Virus record (IMG/VR): IMGVR_UViG_3300034122_001045
Length of the DNA stretch: 51,194 bases
Strand: one strand, 5' to 3'
Origin: a virus
Lineage: Duplodnaviria > Heunggongvirae > Uroviricota > Caudoviricetes
The translations under genes and the position numbers were made by a program. The notes below the pieces were generated by a model, which worked only from the letters and a program-made list of their open reading frames with translations, did no database searches and was not told the origin of the DNA. Positions within the stretch are counted from its first letter, which is position 1. The number at the start of each line of letters is the position of its first letter. Below, in pieces: positions 1 to 8,289 of this stretch.

Positions 1-68
1 TAGTTCAGCGGCAGAATAACTGACTTTGAATCAGCAGGCCGGTGGTTCGAATCCACCCTTCCCAACCA
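1..68 (+). tRNA. tRNA-Gln(TTG), 5' end cut by window edge
   Basis: Anticodon arm CTGA-CTTTGAA-TCAG, T arm GGTGG-TTCGAAT-CCACC, ends ACCA. Confidence 0.9.
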
Positions 69-76
69 ATAATCAT

Positions 77-154
77 CTGGGTGTAGCTCAGTCTGCGTAG
101 AGTGCTTGCCTTGGAAGCAAGAAGTCGCTGGTTCGAATCCAGTCATCCAGACCA
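77..154 (+). tRNA. tRNA-Pro(TGG)
   Basis: Cloverleaf; CTTGC-CTTGGAA-GCAAG; encoded CCA. Confidence 0.93.
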
Positions 155-164
155 AAAATACCTG

Positions 165-193
165 TTGACATTCATTTAGAATCAGTATATTCT
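165..193 (+). promoter_or_regulatory. Sigma70-type early promoter with GAATCAG spacer motif
   Basis: TTGACA-ttcattta-GAATCAG-ta-TATTCT, 17-nt spacer. Confidence 0.8.
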
Positions 194-216
194 GATAATA
201 CGAAAAGGAAAAAGAA

Positions 217-366
217 ATGAAACGAAAACATAAGGACCTACCGAAGGCACGAAACCCATTCGTCCTTCATCTTTCCAAACGTCTTTCGGGCGCACACGGA
301 AAGACTAAAAAAGCGGAACGCCGTAGTGATAAGATGGCGTTGAAGCAGGAATGGACGGTTAGCTGA
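217..366 (+). CDS. Small basic protein (49 aa); 3' end overlaps tRNA-Lys
   Basis: AAGGA RBS downstream of the promoter; MKRKHKDLPKARNPFVLHLSKR... Confidence 0.55.
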   Translation: MKRKHKDLPKARNPFVLHLSKRLSGAHGKTKKAERRSDKMALKQEWTVS

Positions 367-429
367 GTTGGTTTAGCGGCGGGCTTTTAATCCGCGTCAA
401 CCAGGGTTCGAATCCCTGACCGTTCACCA
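353..429 (+). tRNA. tRNA-Lys(TTT)
   Basis: GCGGG-CTTTTAA-TCCGC; T loop TTCGAAT; CCA. Confidence 0.92.
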
Positions 430-439
430 TTACTTTGAT

Positions 440-531
440 GATGCACCGAGGGCGATTGGTACCAGCCCTTTCCTTGGTGGAAGCCTGCCGTTGAGGTGGG
501 TGGGAGAGTTTCGATACCTCCACGGTGTATC
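440..531 (+). ncRNA. tRNA-like structured RNA (long variable arm, no CCA)
   Basis: 9-bp GATGCACCG/CGGTGTATC stem, D-like arm GGGC..TGGTA..GCCC, 6-bp variable arm, degenerate T loop TTTCGAT. Confidence 0.45.
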
Positions 532-552
532 TTCTAAGTAATAGGAGTAAAG

Positions 553-945
553 ATGTTAGAGTGTTTAATCATTGGTGATAGTATTGCAGTAGGAATAGGG
601 CAATATAGACTGGATTGTGTAGTAGAAGCTAAGGTAGGTATTAACAGTCGTAACTATGTTAAGACTTATGCATTGCCTGAGTCGAAGTTAACAGTGATTA
701 GCCTTGGTAGTAACGATCTAGGTATGAGCAATCAATATACTGTGTTGTATAACTTACGTAGCGAAATTAAAGGCACTGTGCTTTGGATATTGCCAGCTAA
801 CAATGACGAAGCGAGAAGCAATATACTAACTATTGCAAGTATTCATAACGATAAAGTTGCTGATATTAGACAACTGCCGTTAAGCAAAGATGGTGTTCAC
901 CCTACTACAAAAAGCTATGAAGCACTAGCAAAGGTATTTAAATGA
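553..945 (+). CDS. SGNH/GDSL-family hydrolase
   Basis: GDSI, LGSND and DGVHP catalytic blocks. Confidence 0.75.
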   Translation: MLECLIIGDSIAVGIGQYRLDCVVEAKVGINSRNYVKTYALPESKLTVISLGSNDLGMSNQYTVLYNLRSEIKGTVLWILPANNDEARSNILTIASIHNDKVADIRQLPLSKDGVHPTTKSYEALAKVFK

Positions 946-1094
946 CTGTAGAAGAAAGATTGGCAAAACTAGAAGCAATTATTGAAATTCTTATGGAAGA
1001 CCCTGCGTTTCGACATAAAATCGAAGTTGCTCGTTTGATGTCAGGTAGTAACAAAAATCCAATCCACTTTGAAATCAAAGCCAATTATCAATAA
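942..1094 (+). CDS. Hypothetical protein (50 aa)
   Basis: ATGA overlap with upstream stop; MTVEERLAKLEAIIEILMEDP... Confidence 0.5.
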   Translation: MTVEERLAKLEAIIEILMEDPAFRHKIEVARLMSGSNKNPIHFEIKANYQ

Positions 1095-1095
1095 T

Positions 1096-1171
1096 GCACC
1101 GGTAGCTGAGAGGCTTAGCGGCGGGCTCTTAATCCGCGACAACATGGGTTCGATTCCCATCCGGTACACCA
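1096..1171 (+). tRNA. tRNA-Lys(CTT)
   Basis: GCGGG-CTCTTAA-TCCGC; CCA. Confidence 0.92.
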
Positions 1172-1298
1172 AAACGTGCCCTTTGACGTTGAAACAAACT
1201 AGGGTGATGGCGAATGATTCTTTCCTATCCTGCAGGATCAATGGGAAACGTCTAAATAACCATCCGCTGCCGAACTGCGATAGTGCTCGGTGCAATTT

Positions 1299-1376
1299 TG
1301 TCCTAGAGTCGTCCAGGTGACGGCACCTGGCTGTTAACCAGGATGGAGAGAGGTTCGAGTCCTCTTAGGACAGCCA
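1299..1376 (+). tRNA. tRNA-Asn(GTT)
   Basis: CCTGG-CTGTTAA-CCAGG; acceptor TGTCCTA/TAGGACA; GCCA. Confidence 0.92.
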
Positions 1377-1380
1377 ATAT

Positions 1381-1456
<76 letters not shown>

Positions 1457-1506
1457 AGTTTGTGACAGATCCGGCTGCACATTAAAAGAATTTCCGGCTG
1501 AAATTT

Positions 1507-1581
1507 TGTGGTGTAGCTCAGTGGTAGAGCAATCCCCTGATAAGGGATAGGTCGGTGGTTCAATCCCACCCACTACAACCA
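1507..1581 (+). tRNA. tRNA-Ile(GAT)
   Basis: ATCCC-CTGATAA-GGGAT; CCA. Confidence 0.93.
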
Positions 1582-1586
1582 ATATT

Positions 1587-1670
1587 GGGAGTGCCGCCTC
1601 AAGGTGAGGCAGCGGACTGTAACTCCGTCGAGGAAACTCATGTTGGGTTCGATTCCCTTCACTCCCACCA
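1587..1670 (+). tRNA. tRNA-Tyr(GTA)
   Basis: GCGGA-CTGTAAC-TCCGT, long variable arm, CCA. Confidence 0.93.
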
Positions 1671-1677
1671 ATATAAC

Positions 1678-1754
1678 GTCCCTATAGATTACGTTGGCTA
1701 GATCATCGCCCTTTCAAGGCGAAGAAGCGGGATCGACACCCGCTGGGGATACCA
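1678..1754 (+). tRNA. tRNA-Glu(TTC)
   Basis: TCGCC-CTTTCAA-GGCGA; CCA. Confidence 0.9.
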
Positions 1755-1759
1755 ATCAC

Positions 1760-1833
1760 ACTCCTGTAGCATAATGGCAGTGCGCTGTCCTGACTCGACA
1801 GATGAGAAGGCTCGATTCCTTCCAGGAGTACCA
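1760..1833 (+). tRNA. tRNA-Val(GAC), atypical (U37, C54)
   Basis: CTGTC-CTGACTC-GACAG; T loop CTCGATT; perfect 7-bp acceptor stem plus ACCA. Confidence 0.75.
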
Positions 1834-1838
1834 ACAAC

Positions 1839-1912
1839 GCTGCTATAGTATAAAGGTATTATGCATCTTTGGTAAGGATGAGACGGAGGATCGTTACCTC
1901 CTAGCAGCACCA
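1839..1912 (+). tRNA. tRNA-Thr(GGT)
   Basis: CATCT-TTGGTAA-GGATG; CCA. Confidence 0.88.
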
Positions 1913-1920
1913 TTTAGAGG

Positions 1921-1949
1921 TTGACATGTGGAACAGTTTAGACTATGAT
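1921..1949 (+). promoter_or_regulatory. Sigma70-type promoter
   Basis: TTGACA-17nt-TATGAT; implies the true start of the next gene is ATG 1968. Confidence 0.65.
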
Positions 1950-1967
1950 GGTGTAAAGGAGACAGCT

Positions 1968-2273
1968 ATGAACATCTCAATCGACTATGATGATACTTAC
2001 ACCAAAGATCCTCTTCTGTGGAATTGGTTCGCACAAGAAGCGTTGAACCGTGGACATAAGGTCTACTGTGTATCTGCTCGTGGAACCCAACACATGGATG
2101 ATCCAAAGATGACAATCGGTCGAGTGATCGGTGCAGAGAATTGCTTTGGTACTGGTCTTCGTCCTAAACGTCACTTTATGCATCATGTTCATAAGATTGA
2201 CATCGATGTATGGATCGACGATATGCCTGAGATGATTGTTGATCAGGAAATCGAAGGTTTGTATATGCCTTAA
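1968..2273 (+). CDS. HAD-superfamily hydrolase-like protein
   Basis: DYDDT motif I, SAR motif II, WIDD motif IV; AAGGAG RBS. Confidence 0.65.
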   Translation: MNISIDYDDTYTKDPLLWNWFAQEALNRGHKVYCVSARGTQHMDDPKMTIGRVIGAENCFGTGLRPKRHFMHHVHKIDIDVWIDDMPEMIVDQEIEGLYMP

Positions 2274-2274
2274 T

Positions 2275-2347
2275 GCTTCTGCCGGCGGAACCGGTGGCGG
2301 GTCTACGAAGCCTGCTTACGAATGTTCAACTCATTCCAGGAGCGCCA
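2275..2347 (+). tRNA. tRNA-Arg(ACG)
   Basis: CGGGT-CTACGAA-GCCTG; short D arm; GCCA. Confidence 0.8.
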
Positions 2348-2352
2348 ATAAC

Positions 2353-2427
2353 GCCTCTATAGCTCAGCGGAAGAGTACTGGTCTTCGAAACCAAGGGTCG
2401 GGAGTTCGAATCTCTCTAGGGGCACCA
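2353..2427 (+). tRNA. tRNA-Arg(TCG)
   Basis: Loop CTTCGAA; T loop TTCGAAT; CCA. Confidence 0.9.
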
Positions 2428-2451
2428 AACTACTCGTCAAAGACTAATCTT

Positions 2452-2459
2452 TATAAATA
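2452..2459 (+). promoter_or_regulatory. T4-type late promoter
   Basis: TATAAATA, intergenic, upstream of ORF 2508. Confidence 0.7.
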
Positions 2460-2507
2460 CATATATCTAAATTATGAATTTGCACGGATTAGAAAAGGAG
2501 TAATTTC

Positions 2508-2759
2508 ATGGAAGAAGTGTATACAATCCTAGACTTTGATGTAGTTCAAAAGTTACACGGTAACTATGTAATTACTAGAAGAATAGATGAGTCTGATCAA
2601 GTTACATCAAAATACGAGTATCACGTAGGAAAGATTAACGCAGATACTCAGGCAATAGAACTTCTAGAAAGAATAGGATCTACTGCCAGAAATGTTGTTT
2701 CTATACCAGAAAATCAGATTAATCTCGCTAAGACTGTTCTACTATCATACCTACCATAA
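2508..2759 (+). CDS. Hypothetical protein
   Basis: AAGGAG RBS and late promoter. Confidence 0.6.
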   Translation: MEEVYTILDFDVVQKLHGNYVITRRIDESDQVTSKYEYHVGKINADTQAIELLERIGSTARNVVSIPENQINLAKTVLLSYLP

Positions 2760-2824
2760 AAAGATCGAGTTTGCGAACCTAACTATATGATGACTATAAC
2801 TGGTCTTACACATAGGAGGCGCGT

Positions 2825-3154
2825 ATGCCTGTTAAGATCAAAAAAGAATTAGAAGAAAGTAGTTGTCATGTTGATGACGCTGAAATAAAAAATACTGAGA
2901 CGATGATTGAACTGCAAGACCGCAAACTTCGTATTGAGAACGAAGATAAGAAACAAGATGCTCAACGTAGCATGGCATGGTTCGCTCTGTTCGGAATGTT
3001 ATTGTATCCATTCACGGTCGTCTTGGCCGATGCGCTAGGATTGTATCAGGCAGCGACTATCATTGGTAATATGGCAAGCATATACTTCGTATCAGTTGCT
3101 GCTATTGTATCTGCGTTCTACGGAACACAGGCATACGTATCAAAAGGCAAGTAA
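2825..3154 (+). CDS. Membrane protein (holin-like topology possible)
   Basis: Charged N-terminus, then 2-3 hydrophobic helices; GGAGG RBS. Confidence 0.65.
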   Translation: MPVKIKKELEESSCHVDDAEIKNTETMIELQDRKLRIENEDKKQDAQRSMAWFALFGMLLYPFTVVLADALGLYQAATIIGNMASIYFVSVAAIVSAFYGTQAYVSKGK

Positions 3155-3168
3155 TATCTAAAACATTC

Positions 3169-3196
3169 AAGGGCTGCATCATGCAGCCCTTTTTTT
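3169..3196 (+). terminator. Rho-independent terminator
   Basis: GGGCTGC-atcat-GCAGCCC followed by a T run. Confidence 0.9.
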
Positions 3197-3197
3197 G

Positions 3198-3226
3198 TTT
3201 ACATTTGAATAGAATCAGTATATATT
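3198..3226 (+). promoter_or_regulatory. Early promoter with GAATCAG motif
   Basis: TTTACA-tttgaata-GAATCAG-ta-TATATT. Confidence 0.75.
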
Positions 3227-3253
3227 GATATTGACCACCGTAAGGAGTACACT

Positions 3254-5086
3254 ATGTCAAAAGAACAGTTTAAGATTCTCACTCCACGTGAACACGTGCG
3301 AGAAAGAATCGGTATGTACATGGGGTCGGCTGCTCGAGAAGAGGTCGATCGTTTTGTGCTCGGTAAATGGAAAACCACCGTCTATATCCCTGCTTTGTCG
3401 AAGATGATCGATGAGATCCTCGACAACTCGATTGACGAAGCTATTCGTACCAACTTTAGGTTTGCAAATAAGATCGACGTATCAGTAGACGGCGACTGTG
3501 TGATTGTCTCTGATAACGGCCGTGGTATTCCACAGGACGAGATCTTCGATTCCGTAACTCAAGAAAACATTCTTCGTCCTGTTGCTGCATGGACTCGAGT
3601 GAATGCAGGTACTTCGTTTGATAATGAACGTGTTACGATTGGTACGAACGGCGTTGGATCATCGGCGACCAACTTTCTTTCGACTGAGTTCATTGGACGC
3701 ACTTGGCAGAACGGCAATCTCCTTGAGGTTACCTGTACAGAGGGTGGTCTCAAGACGAAAGTAAAACAGAAGACTCGAGCCGGATCTGGTACTGAAGTGT
3801 CGTTCAAACCAGACTTCAGTTTGTTCGAAGTAAACTCGATCCAAGAACTCGATACGATTCAGTTGGTCGAGGATCGTCTTGTAAGTCTTCAGATGGCATT
3901 TCCCGAGATTTCATTCTCATTCAATAAGAAGCGTACTCAGACAGCAAACATCAAGAAGTATTCTTCTATGTTCGTTCCTGAGAACGCATCGGTGATCTCT
4001 GAAATTTCTTGTGACCTTACGTTCTTCTTTTCTTCGTCCGAGGACGGATTTAGGTCGAACAGTTTCGTGAACGGTGTTAACACTCGTCAGGGTGGTTCGT
4101 ATGTGGACTACATCGTGAATGGAGTTGTCGACGAACTCGTGACTCTGATTAAACGTCGACATAAGATCGAAGTCGCAAAGAGCACAATCAAAGGTGGTCT
4201 TACCTTTGTCATGTTCGCTCGTAACTTTACAAACCCCAAGTTCGATAGTCAGACGAAAGAACGTCTTACGAACCCAGTCAGTAACGTAAAGGAACACTAC
4301 GACGGAGCAAACATCAAAGACTTCTTGTATCTTGCCAAGAAGATCTTTGCTTCCAATGACATCATCGACCCTATCATCGAAGCTCAGATCGCAAAGAAGC
4401 AGGCTGCCGACAGACGAGATGCCGCTCTTGCTCAGAAGAAGCTCAAGAAGGTCAAGGTCGCAAAACATATCGCCGCCAACAAAGATGGCGCCGTCCTGAA
4501 GATCGTCGAAGGTGACTCGGCAATGGGCTTCCTTCTCAAGGTTAGAGATCCAGATAAAGTCGGTGCTTATCCTCTGCGTGGTGTTATCATGAACACGTGG
4601 GATATGAAACCATCTGAAGTTCTCAAGAACAAAGAACTTGGCGAACTGATTGCAGTCCTTGGTCTCGACATCAACGATCCGAACAGTGTCGACAATATGA
4701 CCTATGGTCAGATCGCTTCGCTGACAGACGCAGACCACGACGGCATCGGTCATATCTCTCCGTTGCTGATTGCTTTCTTCTACAAGTTCTGGCCTCGACT
4801 CCTGAAAGAGAAGCGAGTGTACATTACTCGTACTCCAATCATGATCTCGACGAACGGAAAAGAAACGAAGTGGTTCTATACATACGAAGAGGCAGCCAAC
4901 TTCAAAACGAAAGAGACCGGGTGGAAACACCGCTACATCAAGGGTCTTGGTAGTTTGACAGAAGAAGAGTACGATGTAATCATCAATAATCCTACCTATG
5001 ATGTCGTGACTGTCGACGATGCCTCGTATTTCCAGATGATGTTTGGCGACGACTCTACGCCTCGTAAGGAGTTTATGTTTCAATGA
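3254..5086 (+). CDS. gp39: DNA topoisomerase II large subunit (gp39+gp60 fused type)
   Basis: GHKL ATPase (EILDNSIDE, DNGRGIP, GTNGVG), TOPRIM EGDSA, DADHDG, YIKGLGS. Confidence 0.95.
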   Translation: MSKEQFKILTPREHVRERIGMYMGSAAREEVDRFVLGKWKTTVYIPALSKMIDEILDNSIDEAIRTNFRFANKIDVSVDGDCVIVSDNGRGIPQDEIFDSVTQENILRPVAAWTRVNAGTSFDNERVTIGTNGVGSSATNFLSTEFIGRTWQNGNLLEVTCTEGGLKTKVKQKTRAGSGTEVSFKPDFSLFEVNSIQELDTIQLVEDRLVSLQMAFPEISFSFNKKRTQTANIKKYSSMFVPENASVISEISCDLTFFFSSSEDGFRSNSFVNGVNTRQGGSYVDYIVNGVVDELVTLIKRRHKIEVAKSTIKGGLTFVMFARNFTNPKFDSQTKERLTNPVSNVKEHYDGANIKDFLYLAKKIFASNDIIDPIIEAQIAKKQAADRRDAALAQKKLKKVKVAKHIAANKDGAVLKIVEGDSAMGFLLKVRDPDKVGAYPLRGVIMNTWDMKPSEVLKNKELGELIAVLGLDINDPNSVDNMTYGQIASLTDADHDGIGHISPLLIAFFYKFWPRLLKEKRVYITRTPIMISTNGKETKWFYTYEEAANFKTKETGWKHRYIKGLGSLTEEEYDVIINNPTYDVVTVDDASYFQMMFGDDSTPRKEFMFQ

Positions 5087-5148
5087 CACAGTTGACAGAT
5101 TTCATGGTTGATGATATAATCAAAAAGAATGCAGAAAAGGAATCACCT

Positions 5149-6471
5149 GTGAGTAAGAAAGACTATCCTATCTCAGCCGTTGCAAAAAACGAATGGAAAT
5201 CATTCGCTATGTATACGGTCGAAGCTCGAGCCATTCCTAACATGATTGACGGTCTTAAACCCGTTCAGCGTTACTACCTCTACTCGTCAATCGTAAACTC
5301 GAAGACCGACTTTAAGAAGGTCAGTGCCATCTCAGGTATCATCTCTGACTATGGCTATAACCACGGTGAGGCTAGCGCTGCTGGTTCCGGTCAGCTGATG
5401 GCTGCTACCTGGAACAACAACATCTGTCTTATTGAAGGTCGAGGTTCGTTTGGAACTCGACTTGTGCAGGAAGCTGGTGCTCCTCGATACGTGTACACTC
5501 GCCTTCATAAGAACTTTAACAAGTATATCAAGGATCTTGAGCTGTCACCGCAGCACTCAGATCCTGAACACGAGCCGCCTGCCTTCTATCTTCCGGTCAT
5601 TCCTTTGGTTCTGACGAATGGGTCGAAGGGAATTGCTACTGGTTTCGCGACGAATATTCTACCTCGTGATCCGGACTCACTTTCTAGTGCTTGTCGTGAT
5701 TACCTTATGTATGGTAATATAACGAAGAAGGTTCTGGTGAAGTTTCCAGATTTTTCTGGCACCGTCGAGTACAACGAAGAAGAGAATCGTTACTACTGCA
5801 ACGGAGTCTATGAGAAGAAAGGCAAAACCGTTCTGCTCATCACCGAAGTGCCGTATGGATACGATCGTGAAAGCTATGTAAAGGTCCTCGACGATCTGGA
5901 AGAGAAGGACGAGATCGTTGGCTATGACGACCTCTGTGATAAGACTGGTTTTAAATTCGAAGTCAAGCTGAAGCAAAACACTTCTGCCAATTGGACTGAC
6001 GAGAAGATCGTCAAACAGTTTAAACTCAGCAAGCCGTTCACAGAGAACCTAACCGTTATCGACTATGACGGTAAACTTCGTGAATACACCGACGAGCGTA
6101 CGCTCATCAAGGACTTCTGTAAGTATCGCGTTGGTATTCTTACCAAGCGTATTAACCTACGTAAGAGCGAGATCTCTGAACTCATGCGTTGGCTGAACGT
6201 AAAGATGCAGTTCATCCAGGCTGTTCTCGACAATAAGATCGAGTTCAAAAACAAAAAGAAAGACGACGTCGCAAAGCAAATCACTGCTCACACCGACGTC
6301 ATCTCTGAAGAAGATATCAATAAGCTGCTTCGTATCAATATGCTCAGCCTTACTGACGAGATGGTGAAACAACTCGAGCAGGAAATCAAAGACGCAAAGA
6401 AAGAACATAAGTATTGGTCGACCACGACTGCAGAGCAGCAGTTCATCAATGATCTTGATGAGATCAAGTAA
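5149..6471 (+). CDS. gp52: DNA topoisomerase II medium subunit
   Basis: RAIPNMIDGLKPVQR, YNHGE, GAPRY catalytic Tyr; GTG start with AAGGA RBS after internal TTGACA..TATAAT (ORF track starts at 5083). Confidence 0.95.
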   Translation: MSKKDYPISAVAKNEWKSFAMYTVEARAIPNMIDGLKPVQRYYLYSSIVNSKTDFKKVSAISGIISDYGYNHGEASAAGSGQLMAATWNNNICLIEGRGSFGTRLVQEAGAPRYVYTRLHKNFNKYIKDLELSPQHSDPEHEPPAFYLPVIPLVLTNGSKGIATGFATNILPRDPDSLSSACRDYLMYGNITKKVLVKFPDFSGTVEYNEEENRYYCNGVYEKKGKTVLLITEVPYGYDRESYVKVLDDLEEKDEIVGYDDLCDKTGFKFEVKLKQNTSANWTDEKIVKQFKLSKPFTENLTVIDYDGKLREYTDERTLIKDFCKYRVGILTKRINLRKSEISELMRWLNVKMQFIQAVLDNKIEFKNKKKDDVAKQITAHTDVISEEDINKLLRINMLSLTDEMVKQLEQEIKDAKKEHKYWSTTTAEQQFINDLDEIK

Positions 6472-6878
6472 TGTACTACGTTACATATGATAAGCCAAAG
6501 TCGATCTCTGATGAACTCATCGATTCTGCAGTTCAGTTTGCGGCTGAGTTTTTAAATCTCGATGGTTCAATTGAGATCGACTTTGGTGACAAGTTTGAAA
6601 AAGATAAGTGCGGATACTGCGACTACGATGAAGAAGGAGCCACGATCTTCATCAATCCAAAGATGAAACTGAGCAAGATCATTGTGACTCTGTTTCATGA
6701 GATGGTCCATGCTCGACAATTCATGAGAGGATGGCTCGAGATACCGGACAAAAGTAGTCTTCCTGCCAGGTGGTTCGGAAAGGAGTACGATGTACCATAC
6801 TTCGAGTCACCTTGGGAGATCGAGGCATATGAACTCGAGCTCGTTATGTGGGATATCTTTAACGAAAGAAACAGTTGA
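6471..6878 (+). CDS. Zincin-like metallopeptidase
   Basis: HEMVH (HEXXH) and downstream PWEIEAY. Confidence 0.7.
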   Translation: MYYVTYDKPKSISDELIDSAVQFAAEFLNLDGSIEIDFGDKFEKDKCGYCDYDEEGATIFINPKMKLSKIIVTLFHEMVHARQFMRGWLEIPDKSSLPARWFGKEYDVPYFESPWEIEAYELELVMWDIFNERNS

Positions 6879-6903
6879 CATTCGTTTAGAATCAGTGTAT
6901 ATT
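6875..6903 (+). promoter_or_regulatory. Early promoter with GAATCAG motif
   Basis: TTGACA-ttcgttta-GAATCAG-tg-TATATT. Confidence 0.8.
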
Positions 6904-6929
6904 CATAATATACCGAGAAGGAAACTGTC

Positions 6930-7142
6930 GTGAATATGCACAAAGCAAAACAGGAGTTTGAAACTCATGCGAAGGAAACTCTCAATGTTGAATACATGGG
7001 TGGCGCACTCTACGCGTTCGGCTCAGAGCTCGCTTGCCTACGTTTGGTCAGAGCATATCGCCACTGCGGCCACCGTGCTGATTGCGGTTTTTCTGAAAAC
7101 ATGAAGACTTGGTACTTCTATCTCGAACCTCTAGGATCATAA
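6930..7142 (+). CDS. Hypothetical protein
   Basis: AAGGA RBS after promoter; ORF fills the gap. Confidence 0.6.
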   Translation: MNMHKAKQEFETHAKETLNVEYMGGALYAFGSELACLRLVRAYRHCGHRADCGFSENMKTWYFYLEPLGS

Positions 7143-7145
7143 TCG

Positions 7146-7529
7146 ATGATCCTGAAAACGCAGCTTCATGATTCGTACGATCATCTCGTAAATCCATTTG
7201 TGAAGTTCCTATGCAATGAACTCTCAGTTCTTCCTCGTGAAGTCACTATCGTGAGCGAAGACGTAGAAGGTGGAGTCGGTCTCTGTATCGATGTCGATCC
7301 CGACTCATTTCTTATTCTCGTGAAAGAGAGTGGTCGTAGTGTTGGTCAAGTACTTACTACGATTGCTCACGAGATGATCCATGTTAAACAATACATGACA
7401 CAGGAACTTGGTAGACTTCTAGATGAACAGAGTCACGTTCCATACGAAGATCGTTGGTGGGAAAAAGAAGCTTATGAAAATGCAGTTCCTTTAGTAGAAA
7501 AATTTGTAAAAATTATAAATACCTCGTAA
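7146..7529 (+). CDS. Zincin-like metallopeptidase (paralog of 6471)
   Basis: HEMIH and WWEKEAY. Confidence 0.7.
   Translation: MILKTQLHDSYDHLVNPFVKFLCNELSVLPREVTIVSEDVEGGVGLCIDVDPDSFLILVKESGRSVGQVLTTIAHEMIHVKQYMTQELGRLLDEQSHVPYEDRWWEKEAYENAVPLVEKFVKIINTS
7514..7521 (+). promoter_or_regulatory. T4-type late promoter
   Basis: TATAAATA upstream of ORF 7545. Confidence 0.7.
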
Positions 7530-7544
7530 AGAGGAGATTTATAC

Positions 7545-8009
7545 ATGCAGTCTTTTAAAAATTTTTTGTTAGAACAATCTAAGTGGGTGAAGCCGCATCA
7601 TACTGATGAACACGACGAAGTTCACGTCCAGTCTGAAGTTCCTCATGGCGAATATCCAGACCACGTTCATAAAATGTTGCAACATTTGAAAGATAAAGAC
7701 AACTACCACTCTGCAATGAAGAGTGGGAAACACATGGTTGTGACTCCTTCGTCTGCTAAAAAGATCTCTAACACAGACGCTGGATACAAACCAACGCGTG
7801 ACACGTTTAGACAAGACAAAAGAGAACGTGTCACAAAACAGATGAAGAGTGGAAAGCCAATGACTAAGCCGATAGTTCTTCATGATACTCATACCGGCCA
7901 TACGCATCTTTTAGCTGGAAACACTCGACTCACAATGAACACCCATCACGGATCAAAAACAACACCAGTTCATGCTATCACGTATGATTCGAGTAAAATG
8001 AAAAAATAA
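7545..8009 (+). CDS. His-rich ParB/Srx-like domain protein with capsid-targeting-like N-terminus
   Basis: KPIVLH..HLLAGNTRL resembles the ParB-N core; N-terminus MQSFKNFLLE. Confidence 0.6.
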   Translation: MQSFKNFLLEQSKWVKPHHTDEHDEVHVQSEVPHGEYPDHVHKMLQHLKDKDNYHSAMKSGKHMVVTPSSAKKISNTDAGYKPTRDTFRQDKRERVTKQMKSGKPMTKPIVLHDTHTGHTHLLAGNTRLTMNTHHGSKTTPVHAITYDSSKMKK

Positions 8010-8032
8010 TTGTAAAAAATGTCTGCGACCAT

Positions 8033-8059
8033 TGACATCTCATACAAATGATATAAATA
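8033..8059 (+). promoter_or_regulatory. Composite sigma70 and late promoter
   Basis: TTGACA about 17 nt before TATAAATA (8052-8059). Confidence 0.6.
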
Positions 8060-8086
8060 CTATTGTATAACCAACAGAGAAGAAAC

Positions 8087-8167
8087 ATGCTTTCTACACA
8101 TTCGAGCATATCAAGACAGGCGATAAATCTCCCAGGCGTATGGACTGATGGAGACGGGCTACTTTGA
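8087..8167 (+). CDS. Leader-type small ORF (26 aa)
   Basis: MLSTHSSISRQAINLPGVWTDGDGLL; stop codon lies in the 5' strand of a 12-bp hairpin. Confidence 0.4.
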   Translation: MLSTHSSISRQAINLPGVWTDGDGLL

Positions 8168-8200
8168 CATAGATACAAGATCAAATCTATCTCAAAGTAG

Positions 8201-8229
8201 CCCAGGATGAAAATCCTGGGTTTCTTCAT
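8201..8229 (+). terminator. Rho-independent terminator
   Basis: CCCAGGAT-gaaa-ATCCTGGG-TTTCTT. Confidence 0.85.
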
Positions 8230-8236
8230 TTAATGG

Positions 8237-8265
8237 TTGACAAAACGTTAGAATCAGATTATACT
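8237..8265 (+). promoter_or_regulatory. Early promoter with GAATCAG motif, driving the RNA operon
   Basis: TTGACA-aaacgtta-GAATCAG-at-TATACT. Confidence 0.8.
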
Positions 8266-8289
8266 AACAATATAAGAAGAAACTAACTA

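Noticed and set aside
3559-6408. Long minus-strand ORFs opposite topoisomerase (e.g. 3917-5089, 390 aa), and similar ones opposite uvsX, gp41 and the cyclase
   Set aside because: Antisense shadows caused by codon bias in well-supported plus-strand genes; no RBS or motifs.
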